From the IMG/VR virus record IMGVR_UViG_3300035655_000051, positions 1-34,231 of that record: a DNA stretch of 34,231 nucleotides; one strand, written 5' to 3'. Both the position numbers and the translations under genes were made by a program. Positions 33,808 to 34,231 of the stretch are shown here, piece after piece. The stretch is from a virus (taxonomy: Duplodnaviria > Heunggongvirae > Uroviricota > Caudoviricetes). Each line of letters starts with the position of its first letter. Positions within the stretch are counted from its first letter, which is position 1. A model generated the notes under the pieces. That model saw nothing but the letters and a program-made list of their open reading frames with translations, was not told the origin of the DNA and searched no databases.

Positions 33808-34231
33808 GACCACAGAGGGATGTCACCTGTGGTCCTCGTCCTGGCTTTAACGGGTCAGGCGTCCGGCATTTACCGTTTCCTTTAATTGGGAACTATTGGC
33901 GATATGCTTTCCACTGCGGTTCTCAAACTCGATCATCCTTTTGGGTCAAGCCCCTCTGGGTTATAGCCGCGCTACATAAGGTTTTTCGGTGTTATCCCTT
34001 CACCATGCCTACTTTGTTTCAGGATGTCACCGATAATGTACACTTTCGACAACATAATCAACTACAAGAAACTTTCGGTCTTGTCGTGGCTGGACTCGAA
34101 CCAGCGGCAATGGGTGGGGCTCACCTTGCTCTACCATCGTCTGAGCTACACGACCATATAAACTGTTTTCGAGTTGGTGAGACTCACGCACAGTTGCGCT
34201 CGGAATGCGGATCTTACATCGTCAGGGCACG
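33808..34231 (-). ncRNA. Candidate large multibranched ncRNA (GOLLD/ROOL-like), 5' part running off the window
   Basis: No ORF in the track; nested stems with GAAA-rich loops, a long-range closing helix and loop-loop complementarity; located in a phage tRNA island. Confidence 0.55.
34081..34155 (-). ncRNA. tRNA-like element with degenerate anticodon arm and no CCA
   Basis: GTCGTG/CACGAC acceptor, GCTC/GAGC D-arm and GCTGG-TTCGAGT-CCAGC T-arm; anticodon region GGTG-AGCCC-CACC lacks U33. Confidence 0.7.

Larger units (their letters stand above)
170..34231 (-). mobile_element. Large temperate phage (prophage) segment: integration, nucleotide metabolism, replication and tRNA island
   Basis: int-xis at one end, a co-oriented run of phage-type replication and nucleotide genes, dense small ORFs and a tRNA cluster; continues past the right edge. 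Confidence 0.9.

Noticed and set aside
33376..34080. HDV-like theta ribozymes at tRNA 3' ends
   Set aside because: No nested double-pseudoknot or L3 signature could be identified directly after any tRNA by eye; a descriptor search would be needed to exclude them fully
34160..34231. Hammerhead ribozyme (CTGACGA ... GAAA on the minus strand)
   Set aside because: The core motifs are not joined by the required stems, and the region is truncated by the window edge
1..34231. CRISPR array or Cas locus (Cas4-like nuclease at 19371)
   Set aside because: No regularly spaced repeats; the nuclease sits in a replication module

Overview
This window is the integrase-proximal arm of a large temperate phage (prophage) of an anaerobic Firmicute, with SPbeta-like organisation; a gut Clostridia host is inferred from gene content. 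Almost everything lies on the minus strand. Read in the direction of transcription (right to left), the first block is a tRNA and structured-RNA island: six standard-looking tRNAs, two tRNA-like RNAs with aberrant anticodon arms, and highly structured spacers that suggest a large GOLLD/ROOL-type RNA. A plus-strand type I toxin-like small membrane peptide unit is inserted in this island. Next is a membrane operon: ABC permease, PspA/IM30 protein and a substrate-binding protein fused to an OmpA-like domain, with no ATPase in the window. A full replication module follows (SSB-like, AAA/Sak4-like, DnaB, primase, PD-(D/E)XK nuclease, DnaE, ERCC4), then nucleotide metabolism (ThyX, NrdD/NrdG, dUTPase, FolD) and an Acb2/Tad1-like anti-defence candidate. 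An accessory small-gene array has four junctions marked by a 17-bp TAARA-N7-TYTTA inverted repeat. The arm ends with xis, a Tn916-type tyrosine integrase and probable att arm sites. All family calls come from motif recognition by eye; no database searches were run.
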